Assembly (NCBI GenBank): GCA_036172245.1
Contig: JAYWIR010000045.1
Coordinates: 1,240,001 to 1,304,000, forward strand
Source of the DNA: Raillietiella orientalis
Lineage: Eukaryota
DNA: 64,000 bases
Direction of reading: 5' to 3'
Positions within the stretch are counted from its first letter, which is position 1. Every line of letters starts with the position of its first letter. Below are positions 1 through 10,871 of this stretch, in pieces. The position numbers and the translations under genes were made by a program. The notes under the pieces were generated by a model. That model was not told the DNA's origin. It ran no database searches and saw only the letters and a list, made by a program, of their open reading frames with translations.

Positions 1-5
1 AACAC

Positions 6-3000
6 CTAATCTAACTGCAAATGACGATGCACAGGTGTCCTGAAAGGCTTGTTTGTTGTGGGAGTTGAGGTTAAACTAACAGAACAAAGTGCTGGGGCAG
101 GGCCGTAACATGACAACTTTTCAAGCTTCTGCTTGATTGATGAGTTTTGAGAGACATGTTCAAGGGTTTGTGGGTAACGATGATGCCTTTGGAACACTGG
201 AGACGTATTCTTTGGAGACGAATTTATGTTTTCATCAATTGCTTTATTTGCCTCAAGTAACAGTGCTTGCAAATCCTGTATCAATATTAGTACTACGTAC
301 TTGACTTCCAACTCACCTGTATGTCATCCTCCATATGTTTTAGTGCTTCAATGAGTTGGCGTTGTTTTGGTTGCTGAGTAAATAGACTCAGATGTCCAGC
401 ATATAAACAAGCAATACACCCAATGGGGCCTGTTCTTCGTTGCAAACTTGTTGCTACTACACATTTGCCTACTTTGAGTACATTTGCCGCTCCATATATC
501 TGACGAAAAATTCACTACACGTTTTTTAAAGGGGGATTACTATTTCTTACTGATAAACCATTCCAGAATTTTATCGCTAAAAGATTTCCATTGCTATCTG
601 TTAAGTGAACTGTTTGGAAAGAACCAGGTTTAAAAGGTCCAACTCGTATTACTACTCCTACTAAATCCACTTCATCAAAGGGAGGCGAGAACAAAGGATT
701 ATACATTTCAGCAATGGGTGTGACTTTTCTTGTTAAATCCAGAGAGACTGAAGATTTCTTTAAAATTGTGTACCGTGACTGACATCTTGTTCCCAAAGTG
801 AGCTCAGTCCATTCTTTGCGTTTTCTAAATATTTAGGTTAGAATGAATAGTGTTTCAAATGCATTGAAATACAGACTTATGGGCTGTGCAAGAGATATAA
901 AATATTCTCACTTGAGTACCTTCACGAAATAATTGCAGTAATTCTTCTGTAGGTTTCCACACAGTTAAAATAGCACTTGTACAAGGTTTGTGGTCATGCA
1001 AGCAATTAAGCCGTACCTATCAGTTATTAACAATATATATCTGAAAAAATCTCACCTTCAAACATGGGATCACTGTGTTTGCACTGCTTTGCAAGTGTTC
1101 TTTCCAGCGACGATCTACTTCTTTCTGTAAGTGCAATTCCAGATCTTCCTGCTCATAAATAGCTTTCACTTCTCAACTAATACTGTTACCTTTGTAATTG
1201 GAGAGTTTATTGAAGAATCACAATCTAGTCTCTTTGACTGCATATCTTGAAGTACCTGTTTTTGTATATGTTCATACATTTCTTTGCTTGCTTCCTCCCG
1301 TTCTGACTGATTTGCTTGCCACACATGGTGACTATGGAAATCTAAAGGTGCATTAAATACTATTATTCACACTCCACACGCACATGTTTGTCCCTCATTA
1401 TTTTTTTCCATGCATTGTAGGGGATACACGTAGCAGACAATTACATCTAAACAACTAATAAGCCCACCATCAGGGAAGATGGAGTGCAAACAGCTGGAGA
1501 AAATCCGATTCTGTTTACAATAACCAAGTTTGGTCCACCAGCGTGCTCGTCTCAAAGAGTTGGTGTGCAATTTGATTTTGTATTTCAGTGCTTCTTCCTG
1601 ATCTTACTTCATGCAGTTATTCTTTAATGTATTCCAACCTCCAATGGTGATGCACCATCACTTGGTCCTATCAGTTCACTTCCATGTACCACAATTTTGC
1701 AACCTAGTGATAATTTTCTCTCTATTAGAAGGCGTTTAAATGCGGTATCTACTTCTGCAGCTATGCTATACCACCCATCACTAACTTGCACAGAATACTC
1801 GGATGGATTTTCACATGACTAAGGATCAAATTTTCTATTCTTACTTCTTACTCCAAATATTAAAATAATAACCTGAGCAATTCTTGAAATGAATAGTACC
1901 AGAGTTCTACTTGGAGAATCATCTTTCTCCAAAATTTTTCTTAAACAGGATCTTTTACTGCGAATGATTTCCGAGTCATAACGCAATTTTAATTGTTTCA
2001 AGATGTTGCAAGGAGTGAGGGCACTAGTGTAATGACATAGTGAACGAAGGCAGTCAGGGAGAATTTTGCTTGTACCTGCCAGCAAACATATTCGGAAAAC
2101 GATGCTCTAAGGATGCTAGTTTCCAAACAATCCATTCATAATGGTTTGTTATCCAAATTTCTGACAGAAGATTTGCATTTATCTGAGGCAAGGCCAAGAA
2201 AACTCTTAGAAATTCCGCTACACCTAACTAAAACAGAATATCCCAGCTGAATGAAACAACAACAACCTCAGAACTTCCAGCAGCCATGCTTAAGTGTTCA
2301 TAACAAGCTGTGTGTACCCTACATGTATGAAAGAAACACTACAATGTACAGAATGAATAAGAAATCAAATCTTACCCTGTGCAGTCATTTTTACTAAATA
2401 CAAAACGTTTGTAACTGCTTACCAACTGGACAACTGACATTGAAACTCCCAAAGCACACAACTGTGAAAAAAACAGCAATGATCACATAAGCAACTTTTT
2501 CTTACATCACTTTCTGAATAAAATTTGGGTTTACCAAGTTGCTGGAGATGTATTCTAGGCATCAATTTGTGATTTTCAATTTCTGATTGGTGGCTTGCTT
2601 TAGAAAAGCAGCTAATAAAAACAAAGTAATGTAATTTTTTAAAAGAGTTGAAACAACCTTATGCTATCCCAAGTGAATAAGGTTCTCACATCTCCCTGTG
2701 CTGTTGAAGGATCTAAGGAATCTATTGTCTTATGACAAAATTCGTGAAGACAACTCTGTGCTGCCGTAAAAATGGAGCATGAATTTTTGTTGTGCACACA
2801 TTAAAGAACTTACATAATTCAAATAATGCTGGTTTAAGTTTCTTCATCTGAATCTCAGAAGGCATTTGCTGACTGCTTTCTCCAGATGAAATACTTATTT
2901 CTGTATCTAAATCAAAACTGTTAACTTTAGAAAACTTTTCCCTGTTGTTTTCTTCAAGTTTATTCTGCAATATCAAGAATGACAATGAATTTCACCCCTT

Positions 3001-6000
3001 AGTGTCTCACCTGTAATGCATGAAAATTTCTATCACTGATACGTAGAGAATGATTGCCATCAGCAGGTGGCATTTCACAGTCACTTTTACCATCTCTTGT
3101 GTCAATATTTTTTGTATCTTTCAATGTATTTGTCTGATAAGCACAGGTATTTGATAATTCGACCTGCTCATTATACAAGAGAGCTTGTGCCTTTTCTAAA
3201 GATTTGGCTGAGATCTCAATAGATTTTCCAGATCCTGTTCTAAATACACACAGGTTCTGGTTTTCAGGGGGAAGTTCTATTTCACTTTGATTATGAACAT
3301 CGATAGTTGTTTCGGGCTGAAAATTTTTTGCATTTTTGAAAGATTCTTGAGCAGCTTGCACTGACTGCTGATTACAAAAGGGTGGTTCTCTGATCTTTTC
3401 TGTATTTAACAATATAGAATTTTCTCTACAGTTCATGTTTATTGGAAGCAAATGTTTAAATGGATCCATTTGAAATGAATCACTTGATTCCTCGCTGAAT
3501 TTTTCAGCCTTTGAAATGATTTTTGAATGCTGTGCCATTTCAATCTGCATAGCATCTGAATCAACACTTTGTTCTCCTAAAATAAATTCGTTTTTAGATT
3601 TTCCAATTTATTCTAAATATTCTTAATTTATTAATTTAAGGTGCTATTTGTTTTTGCTTTGAGTTAAATTCACTTTCATTCTCTCCTACTTTGCATACCT
3701 GATTTTTCAAATCCCTCTTGGAGAATAGACTGGGCAATTTCTAAAGCTTCAGGGGAAACAACGATAGGCTTTCCAGTTGCTGTACAGAAGCCTTTCCAAC
3801 TTGCACTTGACATAGGATTTGCATTCCCTTCATTAATAAAATCTTTATCATCATTCTTTTTAACTGATGACTGCGAATGTCCGCTGAACACTGTAGATTC
3901 ATGTTGTGCTGATTTCCACACTGGGCTGGAATCGCTTTCGCTTTCTGTACAAATCCTTTTGTTCGAATTTGGCTCATGAAGAATCGACTTTTCGTCGTCT
4001 AAAATAGTTTTGGCTTTTTTTAAGGATTCGTTGGATACATAAACTGGGTTTCCAGTAGCTGTGGTGAATGCAAATGAACTTCTGTCTTTTGGAAAAGCTG
4101 ACCAATTTTGTTTATGTTCCGTTCTGGGCGAAAGGTTCTGAACTGTTTGTAAAGGCTCATTTAAAACAGTAGGGCAAACAGTAGAGTTTCGTTCGGGCGA
4201 TGTTAACTGGAAATCTGCTTTACATTTTTTCTTATCAGGAGATTCTGAAGCACAGAGTTCGTCTCGGAAAAGAAAATGAGCATTTTGTAATGCTTTATGT
4301 GAAATCTGTATAGGTTTTCCATTCCCTGTAGAAAACTCTGAGAATATTACATTGTTTGGTTTATCATCAAAAACATCTTGGTTTTTAGAATAAAACCTAT
4401 CTGTAAGTACTCTAGAACTTTGTCCTGAAGCAGACTGTGTTGCTGTCATTTGTGGTTTTGTGTTCTCTGAAAGAACTAGGCTACAAACTGAGTATCCAGC
4501 TTTTAAATAGAGATCGCTATCCTTATTTTCTACCAAATATGCAAAGTTTGAACTCTTGGGGTAAACATCACTCATTTTTAGGGCATTACTTTCTGAGGTT
4601 TGTGTTTCTTCATTGTCCCTGTAATTCGAGAATCTTTGATTTCGATCCACAGTTTCTTCCTTTCTGAGCACTTTATCCAAAAATTTTCGTTTTCTATTTA
4701 TGTTACCAGTTACTGATGTAGAATCAGCAGAATTGTCTGGTTGAGAAAGAGCATTTTCTGAACTACAGTTGTTTCTCTGTTGCATTTCTTTACAGATGGT
4801 ATCACTGGATTCTTGCAACGTTCTTGAAAATTCATTCTGTTTTCCCATGTTGAAATGAATCTTTTTGTACCATGGAGATTTATTGTAAGTAACGTTAATG
4901 TTAATATTCTGATCTATATGCCTGGATGTGCTATGGAACCAACTAGTTTGCAAACTGATTTGATTCAGTGAGTCCACAGAATCACATGAACAAAGAACTT
5001 GCTTTGTAAAAGACGTTGACTTCAAAATATCGCCTCTGGAAGTGTTGCAAATGTCTACATTCTTTGCTCTCTGTAGAGGCAAATAATGATTGTACATGCA
5101 CGTTTGTTTTTTTTGTAGAAATGCAAGGGAAGTCTTCTGCATTCTCTTTATGTGATCTTGTTCAAGTAAACCACTTGATGTTAGAACAGGATTATTTCCT
5201 AATATTAAAATTTGAAACTCATTATTATGCATAACTGATAAACCAATTATATTTATAAAAAAGTGTATCATAGTTACCAATATAATTGATCGATGAAGAT
5301 GATGTACAAATATCATAATGGTGTTCAGATACAGCACTTACTTCTGAAACAACTTGTTCACTGTAAGTACTGCTTTTCATAGGGTAATCTGAGTTACTGC
5401 TTTCTAGCACTGTGATCAAAGGAAGTGAAATATTCTTACCCTGAATGCAAGTTTGAGAAGTAAACATATTTGGCAGTTCTTTTTTGGCAGAAGAATCAGA
5501 GTCATTTTCAGGAATGCAGGATGAACAGGAGACGTTATCTTTTGTCGGAAAAAAATCAATAGCATCAATGTGTCCATGCATCAATTTTTCTTGACTGATA
5601 ATCTCATCACAAATTTCTGATTCATTGTTTGTATCCATCACAAGATCAGCATTATGAAAACTAGACTGTTGGATGGATTCCATTGAACTAACTAAAAGAA
5701 ATAAATTTCTCCTTTCAGCAATGGGATTTGAACTGTACAAATTGTCTCATATATCTATCATATATCATGTCTCATATGTCCCATATAATATGTCTCATAT
5801 ATACTCTAGACCAAAAACTCAACAAATAAATTATCTTGAATCTGCAGTCAAAAGAAGTACCTCCCAATATTTCTGCATCTGTAGGATATATAAACTGTCT
5901 TCGCTGTGGTGTCAAAATCTGCATTTCATCACATACAGCTTGCATTTCAGTAATCTCAGTATCAATTTTCTACAAAACAAATCTTCAGTCATGATACTGT

Positions 6001-6440
6001 TTGTTATACATGCTTTTTCTTTATTTCTTTAAACTGATCCACTAACAATCACTCCAGGGAATAAAAATCAAATCTTAGTTTGAAAACTTGTTTTGAAGAA
6101 TCCAAACTCTCAAGCCTTCAAAACAATTACTTACCTCTGAATGCCTACAGTTCATGAAATTTGATAAAACATCATTATTGTCACTTTGGGGACTAAATAA
6201 TAAACGAGCTGCAATCTGTAGACAATGAATCAATAATGACAGATTCCTTATTACCTTTTTATTAGCCATACACTTGGGTAATAAAGTGTTTTTCTCCAAT
6301 GTGGTGGCTTCTTCATTGCTGACACCATGTTTCTGAGGAGTTATGTAATGAAAAATCTCTGTTTCCTCCTCATCATTCATCCATGAACTAAATTGAATAT
6401 TAGAGCATAATCTAGATGCAATTAGCAAAATCTTGTTCAA
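6..6440 (-). CDS. BRCA2: BRCA2 orthologue (multi-exon; stop at 6-8; 5' end uncertain, at or upstream of ~6440)
   Basis: Spliced minus-strand translation gives four BRC repeats; helical domain (EFLRVFLALPQINANLLSEIWITNHYEWIVWKLASLEHRFP...LKQLKLRYDSEI); OB1 (RKILEKDDSPSRTLVLFIS, VQVSDGWYSI, KIVVHGSELIG, HTNSLRRARWWTKLGY); OB2 (DGGLISCLDVIVCYVYPLQCMEK, LTVWKPTEELLQLFREG); OB3 (FDEVDLVGVVIRV, HLTDSNGNLLAIKFW); and a C-terminal KPFRTP motif. GT-AG introns restoring the frame were traced at 276-316, 1017-1055, 1149-1189, 1342-1383, 1598-1638, 2024-2075 and 5235-5277. Confidence 0.95.
317..2224 (-). CDS. BRCA2: BRCA2 DNA-binding domain exons (helical domain, OB1, OB2/Tower, OB3)
   Basis: Residue-level match to the remembered BRCA2 DBD motifs WxxNHYxWIxWKLA, QLKxRYDxEI, DGWY, RxARWxTKLG and EVDLVGxV across short exons. 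Confidence 0.93.
3176..3244 (-). repeat. BRC repeat 4 (FRTGSGKSIEISAKSLEKAQALL)
   Basis: Matches the BRC consensus FxTASGKxVxVSxxSLxKAxxLF in ORF 2999..3550. Confidence 0.85.
3721..3789 (-). repeat. BRC repeat 3 (FCTATGKPIVVSPEALEIAQSIL)
   Basis: BRC consensus in ORF 3676..5337. Confidence 0.85.
4000..4068 (-). repeat. BRC repeat 2 (FTTATGNPVYVSNESLKKAKTIL)
   Basis: BRC consensus in ORF 3676..5337. Confidence 0.88.
4267..4335 (-). repeat. BRC repeat 1 (FSTGNGKPIQISHKALQNAHFLF)
   Basis: BRC consensus in ORF 3676..5337. Confidence 0.85.
5743..5802. repeat. Short degenerate TGTC(T/C)CATAT repeat, probably intronic in BRCA2
   Basis: TGTCTCATAT occurs three times and TGTCCCATAT once within 60 bp. 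Confidence 0.6.
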
Positions 6441-6930
6441 TTCAGAGGAAATATGAAATATTAATCAATCATTCACTTTCTCATGCAAGTAAAGGAAACT
6501 GTTTGCAGTGCACAATGATTTACAACCAATTCATCATTTATGTACTGTTATGAATGTTTTTTATTTCTTCTAATAAATCAGTTTTTGAATATTTCCAAAC
6601 ACTTTTGGAAATGTATTTTCAAGAGCTTGTGCATCTTGTAAAACTTAATTTTTTTTTTTTAAAATTGTAAATATTTTAATTGTGTAAGAGTAGAATTCTA
6701 GGATATTCCCTTGTAACATTCTACAGAGAGTGCTACTTTCATTTATATGAATATCACAAAGTTCATGTTATCTCATAATTCAGAATTCTTTATTTTAAAA
6801 ATTTATTGAGTCAAATTTAAATTATTTTTAATGTTAACAGTACTAGACTCAATAGCTTCATGGCGTTTGGGTTTCCTCAAAAGTTTTTTGCCTCCTCAAA
6901 AGGGAAAAATCTCCCTTTTTGATTTATGGG

Positions 6931-7764
6931 TCAGAATTTTGTGTCAATTTTCATCAACTCCTGTTGATGAATTAATTTAAAAAAAAGGGTGTATGATTAA
7001 ATACGCAGGAACATGCCCAATTTTCAGCTTTTAAACTGAATAATTCTAATTTTTGATTCGTATTTTTGAGACTAATTTCTTTCAATGTTTAACTGTTTAA
7101 TTTCAAAATTTTTCATGTACTTCAACCTTTCTGATTATCAGGTACAAATCACAAGAAATAATATCTAAACATTTATTGCTTCCTTCAAGGGAACTGGAAG
7201 TATCTGTAGGAAGCATAAGTGATTGAATTAGTCCAACTAAACCCAGAGAAAAAACAGCAATTTTTCCATGCTGTTTTCATTACACCCAAACACACACTCT
7301 TACATAAGTAACAATTAAATATACCTGAGTGGTTTTTGTGTATCTTGATCAAAATGTAAATCCATTTTGCAAACATATCGAAATAATATCTAAATGGCGC
7401 AACTTGTGAAACAGAGGAAAAATTTAAAGCACAAGAATTCTCCTTCTGAATAATGAATTATTTTTATTAAACATTTCACAATTGGATAATGCAGGACCTG
7501 CAACCAAAATAACGAGCGTTATTTTCAGAACTGCTCAATGTTTCTAACCGGGCTTCATTTTTTTCAACCATTCTATACATTTTTCAACCATTCTATCAGC
7601 AATCAAACTAATCTACTTAACAAATCCATATCTGGTTCCTTTGTTAGCAATACAGAAAAGAAAATTGCAATGCACTTGTAGCATTGTCACTTACCATACG
7701 CGTTATTCCTTGTCACAATTGCAAATGAGGGGGAATCTTACCGAGTTTCTAAAAATGGCAACAT
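6931..7764 (-). other. Possible small spliced transcription unit, or BRCA2 5' leader exons; product unidentified
   Basis: Minus-strand ATG at 7762-7764 followed by a strong CG|GTAAGA donor at 7741. Several further donor/acceptor pairs are spaced like the BRCA2 micro-introns, and a final cag|GAG TTG ATG AAA ATT GAC ACA AAA TTC TGA ends near 6931. No single convincing reading frame was recognised. Confidence 0.3.
7561..7596. repeat. Tandem duplication with a 20-bp period (TTTTCAACCATTCTAT x2)
   Basis: Seen directly at 7561 and 7581. Confidence 0.8.
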
Positions 7765-8077
7765 AAGATTTAAAGTTTGCGCCCCAAGTCCTATCCGCAA
7801 GCCCACCACACCATAGTTATGGTACATAAGCAAAATATAAACAAGATATCGAAACAATTCCCATTTAAACCGAAGAGCAAAGAACTGACTTTCTTTTTTT
7901 TTTTTCATGTTTCTTGAATCTGAGAATGCAATTTGTTATACATTAAACACAACAAGTTGCTTTAACACTTTATTTGAGACTCTTTGTGTTTCATATACAT
8001 TTGTGTTTATACGAAAAAACTAGCTTAAAGTTCAAGGTATCAAGTTGTCATTAATGAGAATTAAAGTCATTAATTAC

Positions 8078-8146
8078 TTGAAACACCTCGATTCTCAGAG
8101 ATTAGCTTAATGTTTAGATGAGCGACCGCCTGGGAACCCCGGTTAC
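8078..8146 (+). pseudogene. Degenerate, internally deleted 5S rRNA relic (or 5S-derived SINE3 head)
   Basis: TTAATGTTTAGATGAGCGACCGCCTGGGAACCCCGGTT resembles the 5S 3' half (TTAGTACTTRGATGGGNGACCGCCTGGGAAYACCGGGT). The upstream TTGAAACACCTCGATTCTC resembles the 5S TTGAAAACACCGGTTCTC segment. The box A region is missing. Confidence 0.55.
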
Positions 8147-9845
8147 ATTTCTCTTAAGTGCTTTCCTTCTAAACTATTTTCAAACAATATTTCTTGTGAT
8201 TAAGTGATTTTAATTTTGCAATATAATAATAATTTTCATCAAAACTTTTCTGATGATATTATTTGTTACTTCACATTCTTTTTTGGTACCAATTTGAGCT
8301 TTAGGGTTTTCATAATCTTTTACAGCACACCAACATTCGTGTACTTGTTAAAGATCTGGAGCTCTCTTTGCTAGAAACACATCGCTATTTTATTTGTTTG
8401 TTAATTTTTTGTGTGGAATGGCGGCACAATTTAATCTAGTCAGTATCTAATTAGCTGCTTAGTCATGGATTTTAGTACCGTGATTTCATTGTGTTGGCAA
8501 TTTGACATTAAAAATCTCGAAGAATTAAGAAAAGAAAGTTGAGAGAGTGTCAGTATTCTGTATTTCTAGAAAATTAAAAATTAAAATAGCGTGAACAGAA
8601 CTCAAAAAACAAATGATTTCACAATGAACTATCAGTTTTCAGCTTCAGAACACATCAAACAATTAAACAAAACAAGTCGATGTAGCTTTATTTTTCTTTA
8701 TTAACAAAATAATTATCACTATGAGATACCTATCATCAAATGGTCACAGGTATCTCAGGTCACAGTTATACTTTTTTCCCAAAGAAGTTTTGAGAGAGTA
8801 AAACTTTTCACAATATAATCAGCTATAAACTCATCAAACTTTGGATGCTAATGATTTTTTTGTGTATGAGGTATTATCGTATATGTTGACAGATAATAAT
8901 TGTGCACGTGTGTGTGTGTTTTTAGCAAAGGCTGCACTAAACAGTTGTTAATACCTCAATAAAAATATCTTATCTGTCTATCTGATAGCCAATCTGATAT
9001 TTATGAATAACTGATCAGATTGCTATAATTGACAACGTTCTGCAAAATGTAGGATTACTTTGAATCTTCAACATACAAACTCATTTCAGTTCCCTGCACT
9101 TCATCAAGAGAGCTAGCGCATGATTAGTAATGATTGCCAACACTAAAATGATTGCTACGGAGTCTTTTTATGCAACCCACACAGAGCCTAAAAATGCAAT
9201 CATCCTACTTCCATCAATCTCGCTCTGCGGTGTAATAAGTGATAGTTTGGTGGTATTCAAATGTCACCTTCATAACCGGAAAACTGATGCTCTTTATCGA
9301 ACAGAGTGGACTCGAAAATTTACGGAGAGCTCATGAAAAATCTGTTGTTACGAGCTTTCCTACGAATGGATCCCTAATCTCAATGGGGCCTCAAACAAGG
9401 ATCACACAAGGATACGCTTATGTTTGAAACGAACGAATTTGACATGGCGGCTGAGGAGTTCTGCTTGTTCTGACTGCAGAGCTGAAGTCGGGCCGTGTGC
9501 CGCATTTAAGAGCTAAAGTGATCCGATGTCCTGAAAGAACGAGCATCTGAATAGAAAACTTGCTACTTTCCATCTCTCTAAATGGTCCGTAAGTGGTCTC
9601 AGAACATCATCGCCACAGGAAAGTTCTCGAATTTTCTTTTCCCGGATATGAAGTCGGTTCCCCTATGTTTGCGATACGTACAAAGGCTTTCCCTAGTAAT
9701 GTGAGACATTTTCACTGGAGAGGAAGGAACATTCTATCTCTTTGCGCTTTCGAACTCATAGCCAAGCAATTCTGAAAGAAAAGCTCGTCTTGCTCTTAGT
9801 ACTATCCGGTTCCAGAGCTTTCAGGATCTTCCTGATTATTTTCTC

Positions 9846-10871
9846 AGGGTTCTGGTGGATCCTATATTCCTAGTGGATGATGGAAATCCTTTTGGGTTCT
9901 TTTCCGTCTTCGCTGCTTTTCCTTTCAGCTTTTTTTTGGTTCTCTGAGTACCTCAAGAACCGTCGCGCGCCTGGAGGCCCACGCAGCTCTTTGATGCTGT
10001 TCCACGCCACCCGAGGGTGTTCATAATTCTTCGAGGTAGGAGGCATACCCTACCTTGAAGAACCCTATGAATACAGGAAGGACTCCGAAGAAGGGAGTCC
10101 GTTCGTCTCACTCCTGGGGAGAGATTCCCGAAAGGAACCTCCCCCCTCGTTGTCTCCGAAGGGAACCTCCTTTCTCATTCTTTGCGGAGAGACCCCCGAA
10201 GGGGTCCACTTCATTTTTTCTCCCCCTAAGGGAACCTGGAAAAGATCCGCTGTGAGGAATTTCTTCTCCAGAAGGAACCCGCAAGGGAACCGCTTCTGGT
10301 TTCCTCCTCCTTCTCTGACGAGAACCCCGAAGGGACGCTTCCAAAATTCAGAAGAGCGCTGCTTACCGAAGGGAACGTCCCGCTTCTCTGCACTCTCTGG
10401 AGAGGTGGCTACACATCTGCTCCATCAGTACGACTCAAGGTCCCCCCCCCGGAATGGGGGGTCCGCTCATACAACATCTGGAGAGGTGGTACACACCTAC
10501 TCCATCTGAACGAACCGGAGGGGTCTCCCACACTGGCGGGTCTGCTCTCCTTTGCGCAACCGGCAGGAAGGAACTCTCCACTCCTTGATTCCTGAAGGTC
10601 GACTCCCAATCCTGGCCACTCATCGGGGGCATCCGGTTTGAACCGCTACCTGCACCGCAACCGAGTGAATGTAGTTCAACTCGTGTCATCTTGAGGGAGG
10701 AACTCGAACCCGCGACGCACACGGACTCTGCATCGATTCTTTCCGACTTCTCGAACCCGCGACGCCTAATGTCACGCGCGGAGACCGTGACCACGTGGCC
10801 TCCGACGAGGGCCAAATAATGAATCGCGTCCTAATAAGAAATCTGTCATTTAGAGAGGGTTCTGGTGGATC
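9846..10871 (-). mobile_element. Candidate ~1 kb SINE-like insertion flanked by 16-bp direct repeats
   Basis: AGGGTTCTGGTGGATC occurs at 9846-9861 and 10856-10871. There is a minus-strand tRNA-like head near 10750-10810 (GGCCACGTGGTCAC ... GTCGCGGGTTCGAG), a duplicated B-box segment at 10703-10718, internal CCGAAGGGAAC-like repeats and a ~30-bp direct repeat at 10397 and 10478. Confidence 0.4.

Noticed and set aside
5225..5337. Apparent frameshift between BRCA2 ORFs 5225..5740 and 3676..5337, suggesting a pseudogene
   Set aside because: It is resolved by a 43-nt GT-AG intron at 5235-5277.
4437..6032. Plus-strand ORFs 4437..4667, 5016..5234 and 5673..6032
   Set aside because: They are antisense shadows of BRCA2 exons and introns with no recognisable product.
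10084..10510. CRISPR-like array of CCGAAGGGAAC repeats
   Set aside because: The repeats are short, degenerate and irregularly spaced, the context is eukaryotic and there are no cas genes.
10690..10813. Functional tRNA gene on the minus strand
   Set aside because: A- and B-box-like motifs are present, but I could not fold a proper acceptor stem and the B-box segment is duplicated; it is treated as SINE-like instead.
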